DNA from: an uncultured Spirochaetota bacterium
GTDB taxonomy: Bacteria > Spirochaetota > Spirochaetia > SZUA-6 > Fen-1364
Length of the DNA: 64,000 bases
Assembly (NCBI GenBank): GCA_963734545.1
Contig: CAVTHO010000003.1
Span: forward strand, 320,001 to 384,000
Reading direction: 5' to 3'
How positions within the stretch are numbered: position 1 is the first letter of the stretch; every line of letters starts with the position of its first letter. Shown here in pieces: positions 51,707-61,631 of the stretch. The notes under the pieces are model-generated. The model was not told the origin of the DNA. It searched no databases and saw only the letters and a program-made list of their open reading frames with translations. The position numbers and the translations under genes are program-made.

Positions 51707-53050
51707 ATATATTCTCGAGATGGTCCTCGGGAATGGGATGCACTCCCTGATGTGCGGGCTGCCGCAAATCCATGCGAGTGTGCGCTCGAGACCGATGCCA
51801 TAGCCCGAGTGGGGGACCGAGCCGTATTTGCGCAGGTCGAGGTACCAGCCGTAGGTGTCCTCCGGCAGCTTCTCCTCGTGGATGCGGGCGAGCAGCTTCT
51901 CCAGGGAGTCTTCACGCTGGGATCCGCCAATGATCTCCCCGTAGCCTTCCGGGGCAAGAAGGTCGGAGCACAGGACAGTCTCGGTGTTGGCGGGGTTCTC
52001 TTTCATATAGAAGGCCTTGGCCTTTTTCGGATAGTTCATGACGAAGATGGGCTTCTCGTGCAGCTTCGTCAGGATAGTCTCGTCCTCTCCGCCCAGGTCG
52101 TCCCCCCACTGGATTGCGCTGCCCTTGGACTGGAGTGTCTTCACCGCCTCGGCGTAGTCCATTCGGATGAAGGGCGTAGTCACCTTCTTGAGCGGCTCAC
52201 TGTCCCGCTCCAGCGCCTTGAGCTCTTCGGGGCAGTTGGCAAGAACGTCCGAGACCACCCTGCTCACCATGTCTTCCTGCAGTCGCATGTTGTCTTCATT
52301 GTCCGCGTAGGCCACCTCGGCCTCGAGCATCCAGAACTCGGTGAGGTGCCTGCGGGTCTTGGACTTCTCCGCGCGAAAGGTCGGTCCGAAATTGTAGACC
52401 TTGCCGTACGCCATGCAGGCCGCCTCGAGGTAGAGCTGGCCGGTCTGGGCGAGGTACGCATCCCCCAGGTCGAAGTAGGGCACGGTAAAGAGTGTCCCCG
52501 CGCTTTCTCCGATGGAGCCCGTGAGAATGGGAGTGTCGATGAGCAGAAAGCCTCTCTCGTGGAAGAAGGCGCGAAAGGAGGTGATGGCCTGGTCCCGAAT
52601 GCGCATGATGGCGTAGGGCCGGCTGGAGCGCAGCCAGAGGTGCCTGTTCTCCAGAAGGAAGTCGATGCCGTGTTCCTTCTTCGAGATGGGATAGTCGTCT
52701 GCCGGGTTCTGCACGACATCCAGGCCGGTCACGGTGAGCTCGAAGCCGGAAGGAGCGCGCTCGTCCCTGCGCACCTTGCCGCGCACCTTGACGGAGGCTT
52801 CCATTTTCAGGCCAGCGATTGCCGCGAAGCATTCGGCACCGCAGCCGGTCTCCTCCGCCACGCCCTGTATCCTGCCGCTGCCGTCACGGAGCTGCAGGAA
52901 GGCGATCTTTCCCTTGGACCGGAGATTGTACAGCCAGCCGTTGATCTGGACGTCGCTATCGACGTGTTTTCCGATCTCGGATATCGAAACCAGCTCGCCA
53001 CGGTACTCCGTGGATTCTGCTGCGCCACGGTACTCCGTGGATTTATCCAT
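51701..53050 (-). CDS. asnS: Asparagine--tRNA ligase
   Basis: OB-fold GW....RSKGKIAF.QLRDGSG..Q; YPI..KEHG..FL...RHLWLR; YLAQTGQLYLE; GPTFRAEKSKTRRHLTEFWM.E; GEIIGGSQRE; WYLDLRKYG.VPH.G.G.GLER. Confidence 0.96.
   Translation of the reverse strand: MDKSTEYRGAAESTEYRGELVSISEIGKHVDSDVQINGWLYNLRSKGKIAFLQLRDGSGRIQGVAEETGCGAECFAAIAGLKMEASVKVRGKVRRDERAPSGFELTVTGLDVVQNPADDYPISKKEHGIDFLLENRHLWLRSSRPYAIMRIRDQAITSFRAFFHERGFLLIDTPILTGSIGESAGTLFTVPYFDLGDAYLAQTGQLYLEAACMAYGKVYNFGPTFRAEKSKTRRHLTEFWMLEAEVAYADNEDNMRLQEDMVSRVVSDVLANCPEELKALERDSEPLKKVTTPFIRMDYAEAVKTLQSKGSAIQWGDDLGGEDETILTKLHEKPIFVMNYPKKAKAFYMKENPANTETVLCSDLLAPEGYGEIIGGSQREDSLEKLLARIHEEKLPEDTYGWYLDLRKYGSVPHSGYGIGLERTLAWICGSPHIRECIPFPRTISRIYP
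52996..53043 (-). repeat. Two identical 21-bp palindromic units (family 2) translated within the AsnS N-terminus
   Basis: CGCCACGG-TACT-CCGTGGATT at 52996 and 53023 (27-bp period), encoding STEYRG twice. Confidence 0.9.
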
Positions 53051-53102
53051 GAGACGCTCCTTCGAGATGTGTATTGGCCGACTGGACGCCCCGGCGAACG
53101 AC

Positions 53103-53137
53103 GTCCGCGCCCGGCGGCCAGAGCGGTACTCCGCACT
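53103..53137 (-). repeat. 35-bp hairpin element, family 2, immediately after the fliG stop
   Basis: Core GCGG-AGTA-CCGC; direct repeat of 51589-51623. Confidence 0.8.
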
Positions 53138-53140
53138 TCG

Positions 53141-54214
53141 CTACACGAACTTCTCTCGCTCGCGCAGGATGACGATATCGCCCTTCTGCTCCAGCAGCTG
53201 GATGTACTCCAGCAGGTCCTGGATTGCGCGGTCGACTTCCGACTTCCTGACCTGGCCCAGGGCGTCTCCCTCCAGGCGGATGAGCTCCCGCCTGCGCTCG
53301 GAGATCGACGAGAGGAGGCGCTGCCGTACCTGCTCTTCCACTCCCTTCATCACCAGGGCGAGCTCCTTGTCCGCATAGTCGCGCATGACCTTCTGGAGGT
53401 TCTTGTCGGGAAGCTGGAACACGACGTCCATGGTGTAGAGGTTCTTCCTGATCTGGTTGGCCATGTTCGGCTCCAGCTCGGCCAGGATGGCCTGTTCCTT
53501 TCCCGGGTCCATGAATCGAAGGATCTCGGTGAGCGCGGTCTTGCCGTCCACTTCCTCGGTCACCGGCTGCCCCTGCTCGCGCACCTTGCCGCGCAGGACC
53601 TCCTCCGCCTTGCGGATGACTTCGGCATCCACCTGCTGCATTTTCGCAATGCGCGGCACCACTTCGTGCTGCACCTCCGGGCTGAGCGCCTGGAGGATCC
53701 TGGCCGCAAGCTTCGGCTCCAGGTGGGCGAGGATGAGCGCCGCGACCGGTACCGACTCCTCTCTCAGGAGCGTGATGGCCTGGTGAATGTCGATGTCCTG
53801 GAGGAAGGTGAAGGGCGGCGGTGCCATGTCCTTTCGGACCTTCGCGAGGATCTTTTCAGCTTTCTCGGCCCCGATCGAAGCGGTCAGCATCTCCTGGGCC
53901 TTCTCGATGCCGCCCTGCGCGATCAGGTCCTTTGTCTCCCGGATGTAGCCGAACTCCTCGAGGATCTTGGATGCTTCCTTCTCCTCGATGTGCTGCGTGC
54001 GGGCAATTTCCAGGGTGATGCCCTCGACCTCCTCCGGTGACATGTGCCGCAGCACGCGTGCCGCTTCGTCCTTCCCGAGGAGCATCAGGAACTGGGCCGC
54101 CTTTCGATAGCCCGTGTCCCTGCTCGTCTCCTTGATGAAACCGCGGACGCTGGGGTCTCTCCGGGGCTTGCCGGCTTTCTGCGCCTTGCGGTACTCGTCG
54201 ATGGGACCTGGCAT
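53141..54214 (-). CDS. fliG: Flagellar motor switch protein FliG, orphan FliG1-like paralog
   Basis: RKAA.FL..LG...AA.VL.H....EVE.I..EIA, A.GG.E.A...L....G, PF.FL, ALILAHL....AA.IL, RIA.M and G......IL. Start taken at MPGPIDEY. Confidence 0.9.
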   Translation of the reverse strand: MPGPIDEYRKAQKAGKPRRDPSVRGFIKETSRDTGYRKAAQFLMLLGKDEAARVLRHMSPEEVEGITLEIARTQHIEEKEASKILEEFGYIRETKDLIAQGGIEKAQEMLTASIGAEKAEKILAKVRKDMAPPPFTFLQDIDIHQAITLLREESVPVAALILAHLEPKLAARILQALSPEVQHEVVPRIAKMQQVDAEVIRKAEEVLRGKVREQGQPVTEEVDGKTALTEILRFMDPGKEQAILAELEPNMANQIRKNLYTMDVVFQLPDKNLQKVMRDYADKELALVMKGVEEQVRQRLLSSISERRRELIRLEGDALGQVRKSEVDRAIQDLLEYIQLLEQKGDIVILREREKFV

Positions 54215-54376
54215 GAACGGTATGATACCCCCGGACCGGGGGCAGGTCAATGAAGGACGACGAATGTCACGGGGTACCGTGACCGGGGGGTGGGATCGAC
54301 GGCATGCACGCAGCCCCGCATGGTGCAGGGCTGCGTGGCCGCCGTGTGGTGACGCGTCGTCGTCCCGGAACGACTC

Positions 54377-54688
54377 CTACATTGCCACGAGGTCGAAAAT
54401 GTGTACTTTTCCGCCCTCCCCGATGATGGGGCAGTCCCTGACGAGCCTGGCCGCTGCGGCAAGATCGGCTGCCTGGAGGATGCTGTACCCATTGGAGACA
54501 TTGCCGCTGGTTCCGTCCTGGATCCCGGAAGAGGTCACTGTCTTGGAGCCTCCGAACGGGTTCCCGGGCTCGACGACGGATCCGCCGAGCTTGCCGAACC
54601 ACGACTTCCACACCTTCATGGAAGCTTCTCCTTCCTGGGGCGTTGTGGGGGCTTTTCCCCCGCTGTAAAGAACGATGAACTTGTTCAT
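54377..54688 (-). CDS. YciI-like dimeric alpha/beta barrel protein
   Basis: KFIVLY, W..WF..LG...V.PGNPF and GYSILQAAD..AA..L...CP.....G.V; GGAGG Shine-Dalgarno. Confidence 0.8.
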   Translation of the reverse strand: MNKFIVLYSGGKAPTTPQEGEASMKVWKSWFGKLGGSVVEPGNPFGGSKTVTSSGIQDGTSGNVSNGYSILQAADLAAAARLVRDCPIIGEGGKVHIFDLVAM

Positions 54689-54698
54689 CAAATCCTCC

Positions 54699-54745
54699 CT
54701 TCCGCGGTAGTCCGCGGAGTTGTCTTCCGCGGTAGTCCGCGGAGT
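54699..54745 (-). repeat. Two identical 22-bp palindromic units (family 2) abutting the yciI-like Shine-Dalgarno
   Basis: CTTCCGCGG-TAGT-CCGCGGAGT at 54699 and 54724. Confidence 0.9.
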
Positions 54746-54835
54746 CTTTATCGTTGAGCGTGTGCTCTTACCTGATATGACGTATCGGCCGCCCCGAACT
54801 AATCGCTCACCGCGAGAAATGCGAGGGTTTCCCGT

Positions 54836-56890
54836 TTGCCCGCACCGCCCGGGAGCGGTACCTTCTTCGGGGAGAGCTCACGCCTGAACCGCCTTGCTAA
54901 AGAGAAAAGCCCGTACCTCCTCCAGCACGCCGGGAATCCTGTGGACTGGTACGCCTGGGGGGAGGAGGCATTCCGCAGGGCGAAAGACGACGACAAGCCT
55001 GTTTTCCTTTCCATCGGCTACGCCACCTGCCACTGGTGCCATGTGATGGCGCACGAGTCGTTCGAGGATGAGCGCGTCGCGGCGCTCATGAACTCGACAT
55101 TCGTGTCCATCAAGGTGGACCGCGAGGAAAGGCCGGACATCGACGGTCATTTCATGGGGATCTGCCAGCTCCTCACCGGGACGGGGGGGTGGCCGCTGAC
55201 CGTGGTCCTCACCCCGGAAGGCAAGCCGTTTTTCGCCGGCACGTATATCCCGAAAGACAACGCGTACGGCCGCAGGGGAATGCTCCAACTGGTTCCGGAA
55301 ATCGCGGAGCTGTGGGCCGCCCGGCGTGCGGAGGTGGACGCCTCCGCCGAAGAAATCATGAGAGAGCTCGCCAACCGCGCGAGCGGGAAGCCGGGCACCG
55401 GCGGCACTCCGGACCCGGCAGCGGCGGTTCAGGCGGCCCGGCAGCTTTCCCGGATGTTCGATCCTGAGAACGGCGGGTTCGGTGACGCTCCCAAGTTCCC
55501 CATGCCGGTCCTGTACTCCCTGCTGCTGCGCGCATGGGAACGCGGCAGGGACCCGGAAGTGCTCCGCGTGGTTGAACGGAGCCTCACCGCGATGCGAAAC
55601 GGGGGCATATACGACCAGGTAGGATATGGATTCCACCGCTACTCGACCGACTCCCGCTGGCAGGTCCCTCATTTTGAAAAGATGCTCTACGACCAGGCGC
55701 TTCTGCTTCTGGCCTACACCGAGACCTGGCAGGCCGCTGGCAGGGACTTCTACCGGCGCACCGCGGAGGAGATAGCCACGTACGTCCTGCGCGACATGAC
55801 CTCCCCGGAAGGGGCGTTCTACTCGGCGGAGGACGCGGACAGCGAGGGCGAGGAAGGGAAGTTCTACTCCTGGACCGGACACGAGGCTGCCGCAGCGCTT
55901 GGAGAGGATGAGCGCCGGCTCTTTGCCAAGACCTACGGTGAGCTCCAGCCGGGGCAGAACATTCTGCACAGGGAACGCACGGACATCTCGCCGCCGGGCC
56001 GGCCCGAAGAGCTGCTTTTCGCCGCGCGGGAGCGAAGGAACCGGCCATTCAAGGACGACAAGATCCTTGCCGATTGGAACGGTCTCATGATCGCGGCGCT
56101 CGCCCGCGCGGCCGGCGCGTTCGACGATCCGCGGCTTGTCGCGGCCGCGGGGAGGGCCGCGGATTTCGTGCTGCACCGCATGTGCCCGGAGGGCAGGCTC
56201 TGCCACCGGTTCCGTGACGGGGAGACAGGCATCACCGCATTTGCGGAAGATCACGCGTTCCTCGCATGGGGCCTCCTCGAGCTGTACGAAGCAGGGTTCG
56301 AGGAGCGATACCTCGTACAGGCACTCGACCTGGTGCAGGCCCTCGTTGCGCACCACTGGGACGCGGAAGACGGCGGATTCTTCCAGACCGCCGCGGATGC
56401 GCCCCCGCTTCCGGGGGGGCGCGTGAAACACCTGTCGGACGGCGTGATTCCCTCCGCGAACTCGGTGGGGCTTCTCGTGCTGCTGAAGCTCGCACGGATT
56501 ACCGGCAGCGTGGAGTACCAGCGCATGGCGGAGGCCATCATGCGCCTGTCAGGGGTCCGGGGCGGCGAAGACGCGTATTCACATGCGTTCTTCCTCTGCG
56601 CCATGGACATGGCGGCCGGCCCCTTTTTCGAAGTTGTCGTGGCGGGAAACCCCGATGCCGGCGACACGCGCGCAATGGCGCGCGAGGTGCGCCAAAGATT
56701 CATCCCCCGCAAGATTCTCGTTCTCCGGCCGATGGGAGATGCGGAGCCGCCGATCGTCCGGATTGCGCCGTTTACGAAACCGCTCTCCGCGCTGAATGGC
56801 AGGGCTGCCGCCTACGTGTGCCGTGATCACGCGTGCTCCCTGCCCACGGACGACCCGGCACGGCTGCTCGATCTCCTGAGCGCCAGCTAA
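54836..56890 (+). CDS. Thioredoxin-domain DUF255/YyaL-like protein (start uncertain)
   Basis: [76 protein letters not shown] and [11 protein letters not shown]. Confidence 0.93.
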   Translation: MPAPPGSGTFFGESSRLNRLAKEKSPYLLQHAGNPVDWYAWGEEAFRRAKDDDKPVFLSIGYATCHWCHVMAHESFEDERVAALMNSTFVSIKVDREERPDIDGHFMGICQLLTGTGGWPLTVVLTPEGKPFFAGTYIPKDNAYGRRGMLQLVPEIAELWAARRAEVDASAEEIMRELANRASGKPGTGGTPDPAAAVQAARQLSRMFDPENGGFGDAPKFPMPVLYSLLLRAWERGRDPEVLRVVERSLTAMRNGGIYDQVGYGFHRYSTDSRWQVPHFEKMLYDQALLLLAYTETWQAAGRDFYRRTAEEIATYVLRDMTSPEGAFYSAEDADSEGEEGKFYSWTGHEAAAALGEDERRLFAKTYGELQPGQNILHRERTDISPPGRPEELLFAARERRNRPFKDDKILADWNGLMIAALARAAGAFDDPRLVAAAGRAADFVLHRMCPEGRLCHRFRDGETGITAFAEDHAFLAWGLLELYEAGFEERYLVQALDLVQALVAHHWDAEDGGFFQTAADAPPLPGGRVKHLSDGVIPSANSVGLLVLLKLARITGSVEYQRMAEAIMRLSGVRGGEDAYSHAFFLCAMDMAAGPFFEVVVAGNPDAGDTRAMAREVRQRFIPRKILVLRPMGDAEPPIVRIAPFTKPLSALNGRAAAYVCRDHACSLPTDDPARLLDLLSAS

Positions 56891-57711
56891 AAGGTCACGT
56901 GGTCAGGATGCGGTCCGATACGCGCTTCCGCGTCGAGGGCGGTGATCCGTTCGACATCCGCCGGCTCGAGCTGGAAATCGAATACGCGGCTGTTCTCCAG
57001 AATGCGTTCCCGGTGGATCGATTTGGGAATGGTGACGACACCGAGCTGGAGGTCCCAGCGCAGGATGACCTGCGCCGGGGTTTTTCCGTACTTTGCGGCG
57101 ATCCCGGCAATGACGGGATTGTCCAGGCTGCGTCCCCTTGTGAGGGGTGACCATGCTTCATGCCGCACCCCCGCGCGCTCGTCAAAGGCAAGGAGATCCT
57201 GCTGGACGAGGAAGGGATGGAACTCCACCTGGTTCACCGCGGGCACCACGGGAGAGGCCTTCATGACGCTCTCCAGGTGATGCACGAGAAAATTGCTCAC
57301 TCCTATCGCGCGCGTCTTCCCGTCCGCGTAGATCTTCTCCAGCGCCTTCCATGTTTCCAGAAGCTTCCCCTCGACGGGCCAGTGGATGAGGTACAGGTCC
57401 AGGACGTCGAGGCCGAGGTTCTTCCGGCTGCGGTCGAATGCCTTCAACGTACCCTGGTATCCCTGGTCCTGGTTCCATACCTTGGTGGTGATGAACACCT
57501 TTTCCCGGGGAACCCGACTGTCCTTGAGCGCCCGGCCGACGTCCGCCTCGTTCTGGTAGTACGCCGCTGTGTCGACGTGGCGGTAGCCTATCTCCAGCGC
57601 CCACCGAACGGCCTGTTCCGTCTCCTTGCCGGGCGGGGATTTGAACACACCCAGACCGACCCATGGCATCTCGACTCCATTGTTGAGCTTCACGCTCGAC
57701 GAAAGGTCCAT
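56887..57711 (-). CDS. Aldo/keto reductase
   Basis: [51 protein letters not shown] and IPKS....RI.EN. Confidence 0.95.
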   Translation of the reverse strand: MDLSSSVKLNNGVEMPWVGLGVFKSPPGKETEQAVRWALEIGYRHVDTAAYYQNEADVGRALKDSRVPREKVFITTKVWNQDQGYQGTLKAFDRSRKNLGLDVLDLYLIHWPVEGKLLETWKALEKIYADGKTRAIGVSNFLVHHLESVMKASPVVPAVNQVEFHPFLVQQDLLAFDERAGVRHEAWSPLTRGRSLDNPVIAGIAAKYGKTPAQVILRWDLQLGVVTIPKSIHRERILENSRVFDFQLEPADVERITALDAEARIGPHPDHVTF

Positions 57712-57773
57712 GAATCTAAGAAAACATCTTTGCCCTTCGTTGTCCACTGCTGGTACCTTTGACGGGGGTGACT

Positions 57774-58484
57774 ATGTTGGAAGGCAAAATTGTCGCGATT
57801 TCAGGGGCGGCCGGCGGGCTGGGGCCGACCGTGGCGCGCGCGTTTTTCGAGCTCGGGGCGACGCTCTGCGCCGGCGGGCGGAGCAGGGAAGGCCTCACGG
57901 GAATGCTGGACGCGCTCGGGGTCCCGCCGGCGCGATGCATGGCAACGGCTGTCGATCTGCTGGACGTATCCGCGGCAAATGATTGGGCGGAAGCGATCCT
58001 GAAGAGATTCGGCAGGATCGACATCGTCCTGCACCTGGTGGGCGGCTACAAGGGCGGCACGACCATCGCGGAGCTCGACCCCGCTGACTGGAGCCCGCTC
58101 GGCGACATGCTCGTGCGGACAACCCTGCACGTGGCCCGCGCGTTTGCCGGGCCTCTCAAGGCCGGCGGGTGGGGCCGGTTCATCGGGGTCACCTCCCCCA
58201 AGGCCCAGGCGCCGACCGCGAAGACCGCTCTGTACGCCATGGGTAAGGCTGCCTCCGACGCGCTGGTGCTGGCCCTTGCGGACGAGCTGCGGGGCACGGG
58301 CGCCACGGCGAATCTCATCGTGGTGGATTCCATAGATAATCCCGAGACACGGGCTGCGCAGCCGAAAAAGGCATACGGAAAATCGACTCCCGCTGAGGAG
58401 ATCGCGGCAGCCATGGTGTTCCTCTGCTCGGAGGGGGCTGCCACGATCAACGGGGCGCGCCTGCCTCTGACCGGCCGCGGCTGA
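57774..58484 (+). CDS. Short-chain dehydrogenase/reductase
   Basis: SGAAGGLG, FGRIDIVL..VGG and catalytic YAMGK. Confidence 0.9.
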   Translation: MLEGKIVAISGAAGGLGPTVARAFFELGATLCAGGRSREGLTGMLDALGVPPARCMATAVDLLDVSAANDWAEAILKRFGRIDIVLHLVGGYKGGTTIAELDPADWSPLGDMLVRTTLHVARAFAGPLKAGGWGRFIGVTSPKAQAPTAKTALYAMGKAASDALVLALADELRGTGATANLIVVDSIDNPETRAAQPKKAYGKSTPAEEIAAAMVFLCSEGAATINGARLPLTGRG

Positions 58485-58500
58485 GCGAACCTCTTTTGTA

Positions 58501-58529
58501 TTGACACCTCGGGAGGGCGATTCTACACT
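58501..58529 (+). promoter_or_regulatory. Sigma70-type promoter of the cheY-cheX-kinase operon
   Basis: TTGACA-N17-TACACT, followed by GGAGG and ATG 58551. Confidence 0.78.
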
Positions 58530-58550
58530 TCGGGGCGCCGGAGGTCTCAT

Positions 58551-58940
58551 ATGAAAGTGCTTGTCATCGACGATTCTGCCGTCATGAGAAGGATTCATCG
58601 GAACACCCTCACGGAGCACGGCATCCCCGAAAGCGACATCCTCGATGCATCCGATGGGGAGGCTGCCCTCAGGATCGCCACCGAAGGGCACATCGGGCTC
58701 TTCCTCGTGGACTGGAACATGCCGAAGCTCGACGGCTTTCAGCTCGTGAAGGCGCTGCGGGCCATCCCCCATTATGCCTCCACGCCGATCATCATGATCA
58801 CCTCCGAGGCGGCGAAATACAACGTGATGGAGGCCATCAACGCGGGGGTCACCAACTACGTCGTGAAGCCGATCAAGGGTGACATCCTGTGGCAGAAGCT
58901 GGCGAAGTACGTCGATCCCGGGGCCGGGGGCGCCGCATGA
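58551..58940 (+). CDS. cheY: CheY-like single-domain response regulator
   Basis: VIDDSAVMRRI, DWNMPKLDG, PIIMITSE and AGVTNYVVKP. Confidence 0.88.
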   Translation: MKVLVIDDSAVMRRIHRNTLTEHGIPESDILDASDGEAALRIATEGHIGLFLVDWNMPKLDGFQLVKALRAIPHYASTPIIMITSEAAKYNVMEAINAGVTNYVVKPIKGDILWQKLAKYVDPGAGGAA

Positions 58941-59398
58941 AAGCGAAGTACATCAATCCGTTTCTCGCCGCCTCCATGAATCTGTTCAAGGAACATCTCG
59001 GCGTCGATGTGCGCAGCCTCAACCCGTTCGTGCGCAAGGATCCCACGGCCCTGGAGGAAGTCTCGGGGATTATCGGTCTTGCAGGGGAAACCACCGGCGC
59101 GGTGGTGCTCAGCTTCTCACGGGTGACCGCGATGAACATCGTTTCCGTCTTCGCCGGCAAATCGTATACAGCGCTCACCAACGAAGTGCTGGACGGAGTG
59201 GGAGAGCTGGTGAACATCATCGCCGGCAATGCCAAGAAGGACCTGCTGGATTTCCGCATCTCGATCTCCCTGCCGGGCGTCATCGTCGGATCGGCAACCA
59301 AGATCCATTGGCCCGAGGGCGTGCCCGTCATCACCATCCCCTTTGACTCGAACCTCGGGAGCCTCAGCGTGAATGTCTCGTTGAAAGAGGCCGAATGA
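58937..59398 (+). CDS. cheX: CheX-family CheY-P phosphatase
   Basis: YINPFL.A, VSGIIGLAG...G.V..SF, GELVNIIAGNA (ExxN) and ISLP.VI.G. Confidence 0.92.
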   Translation: MKAKYINPFLAASMNLFKEHLGVDVRSLNPFVRKDPTALEEVSGIIGLAGETTGAVVLSFSRVTAMNIVSVFAGKSYTALTNEVLDGVGELVNIIAGNAKKDLLDFRISISLPGVIVGSATKIHWPEGVPVITIPFDSNLGSLSVNVSLKEAE

Positions 59399-61620
59399 TG
59401 GCGCGCCGAACGGTTTCCATACAGCTCAAGATCGTGTCCCTCATTGTCGTGATCCTCGTGGCGAGCACGGCGGCGTCCGTGATCTTCACCGTGCGCAGCC
59501 AGCGCGCGAACCTCCTCGAGGCCACGCAGCGGACCCTGTCCGTCAATTCAGACCTGCTTCTTCTCACCATTCAGAACCTCATGCTGAGCGGCGAAGCTCC
59601 CATCGCCGTGCGGGCAATGGCGAGCTACAAGACCATCGAGAGCTTTACGGAGATCAGCCTCTACCGTGCGAACGGGGACGCGGCATTCAGCGACTATGCC
59701 ACCATCGACGACGTGAACGGCTTTCAGAAAAAGATCCGCTTCATGCGGACACCGCGGGCCGAGCCTGATACGGAGGATGATCCTGCTTTGAAAAAGGCGG
59801 TGGCCGGGAGGACGCCCATACAGGTGGTGTCGGAGAAGGACCGTTCCTTCGAGTCCTTCTTTCCCATCATCAACCTCACCGAGTGCCGGCAGTGCCATGG
59901 CCGCTCGGGTTTCGTGCGCGGCGTTCTTCATCTCAAGCTCTCCCTTGCCGCGGTCTTCGACCAGATCCGCTTCGCGCGGGATACCCTCTCGATCCTTCTC
60001 GGCTCCATCGGTATTGCCATCGCCGGGCTGCTCGTGCTGCTGCTCAACCGGGTCATCGTTTCCCCGGTTCTGTCCATCGGGCGGACGGCGAGGATCGTCG
60101 GCCAGGGTGATCTGGATGCCCGGGTGTCCGTGCGCTCGCGGGACGAGCTGGGCGCGCTGGGAGAGACGCTGAATGAGATGATCGCGGGACTCAAGGAGAG
60201 GAACGAGCTGGCCGTCCGGAACAGGGTCATCGACACGCTCAACAAGGAGAGCAGGAAATATCTGGACACGATCCAGGAAGGCCTCCTCCTCCTGGACCGG
60301 CGCTTCGTGATCAGCGAGCAGTACTCGCTGTTCCTGGAAAAGCTGTTTTCCACGAGCGACATTGCGGGCAGGAGCTTCCTGGACTTCCTGTACCCCGATG
60401 CCGCGGCACACGCGGCCAGGCGGGAGGAGCTGGAGAAGTTCCTCGAGATCCTCTTCACGAAGACCGTGTCCGACATGGAAATGATCCTCCAGCTCAACCC
60501 GCTGCGGGACGTCACTCTCGTGGCGAGCGGCGGAGGCAGGGCGAAAGAGATCGTGGTGGATACCGTGTTTCACCGCATCCTGGAGAACGACCGGGTGGTC
60601 AATGTGCTGGTGATATTCGAGGACCGCACCGATCTGGTACGGGTGAGGAACGAGCTGGAGCGGGAGAAAGCGCGCAGTGAAACGGAGCTGGCGCACATTG
60701 CCGCCATTCTCAGGGCCGGCCCGCAGGCGTTCCAGGAGTTCGCCGACCAGGCGGAGGAGACCGTCCGGACCCTCGAGTCCAGGATGGGCAGGCTGGAAGC
60801 CGGGGAAGGGATCGACAGCCTTTTCCGCAGCATCCATTCGCTGAAAGGGGCGGCGCGCTACCTCGAGTTCCGCACCCTCGAGCACTCCGCGCACGCGGTG
60901 GAGCAGGCGCTGGCCGGCGTGAGAGACGGCACCGCGGCCGCGGACGGTGAAATGCAGGTGCGCCTCCGCGCGCTGATCGAGACGATCCGGCAGGAGATCG
61001 GGGCAGTGCGGACGCTGATCGATCGGTTCCGCCAGTTCGCCGTGACCGCCGCGCCGGCAGAGGGAGAGCGGGGACCGGGCCCCTTCCAGGAGCTGGTCGA
61101 GTCCCTGAAGAGCATGGCAGCCGACATCGCGCGCGAGCTCGGCAAGGAGGTGACCTTCTCCACGAGCGGCCGGCTCCCGGACGACAATCTCTTGCGGCGC
61201 CTGCGCGATCCGCTGATCCACCTGCTGCGCAATGCCGTGGACCACGGCATCGAGGATCCGATGGAGAGGCTCGGCTCCGGCAAGCCGCAGTCAGGCAGGA
61301 TCCTGGTGAGCTTTGCGCGCAGGGGAGCGGAGACGGTGATACGGATAACGGATGACGGGCAGGGCATCGACTTTGCGCGCGTACGGGACCGGGCCGAGGA
61401 GCTGGGTCTCATCCGGCGCGGTCAGGCGCCGGCCAATGCCGAGCTCACGAAGCTTCTTTTCTCTCCGCGGTTCAGCTCGAGGGGAGAGGCATCGGAGATC
61501 TCGGGGCGCGGCGTGGGACTGGACATCGTACGGGAGGCAATGCGCGCGCTCGGCGGACGAATCGGCGTTGCCACCCGCAAGGGGGAAGGGACCGCGTTCA
61601 CGCTGCACATCCCCTCCTGA
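59395..61620 (+). CDS. Membrane-bound CheA-like histidine kinase (periplasmic CxxCH, HAMP, PAS-like, Hpt, HATPase; no CheW domain)
   Basis: Two TMs flanking CRQCH; HAMP (DELG.L...LN.M); LFRSIHSLKG; HLLRNAVDHGIE; DDGQGID; SGRGVGLD. The protein ends at FTLHIPS. Confidence 0.88.
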   Translation: MMARRTVSIQLKIVSLIVVILVASTAASVIFTVRSQRANLLEATQRTLSVNSDLLLLTIQNLMLSGEAPIAVRAMASYKTIESFTEISLYRANGDAAFSDYATIDDVNGFQKKIRFMRTPRAEPDTEDDPALKKAVAGRTPIQVVSEKDRSFESFFPIINLTECRQCHGRSGFVRGVLHLKLSLAAVFDQIRFARDTLSILLGSIGIAIAGLLVLLLNRVIVSPVLSIGRTARIVGQGDLDARVSVRSRDELGALGETLNEMIAGLKERNELAVRNRVIDTLNKESRKYLDTIQEGLLLLDRRFVISEQYSLFLEKLFSTSDIAGRSFLDFLYPDAAAHAARREELEKFLEILFTKTVSDMEMILQLNPLRDVTLVASGGGRAKEIVVDTVFHRILENDRVVNVLVIFEDRTDLVRVRNELEREKARSETELAHIAAILRAGPQAFQEFADQAEETVRTLESRMGRLEAGEGIDSLFRSIHSLKGAARYLEFRTLEHSAHAVEQALAGVRDGTAAADGEMQVRLRALIETIRQEIGAVRTLIDRFRQFAVTAAPAEGERGPGPFQELVESLKSMAADIARELGKEVTFSTSGRLPDDNLLRRLRDPLIHLLRNAVDHGIEDPMERLGSGKPQSGRILVSFARRGAETVIRITDDGQGIDFARVRDRAEELGLIRRGQAPANAELTKLLFSPRFSSRGEASEISGRGVGLDIVREAMRALGGRIGVATRKGEGTAFTLHIPS

Positions 61621-61631
61621 GGGAAGCGGGG

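Noticed and set aside
54306-54337. Strong hairpin CACGCAGCCC...GGGCTGCGTG downstream of the yciI-like gene
   Set aside because: No U-tract on either strand and no second copy, so it cannot be called a terminator or ncRNA.
51589-54745. CRISPR array
   Set aside because: The repeats are few, vary in their stems, lack regular unique spacers, and no cas genes are present.
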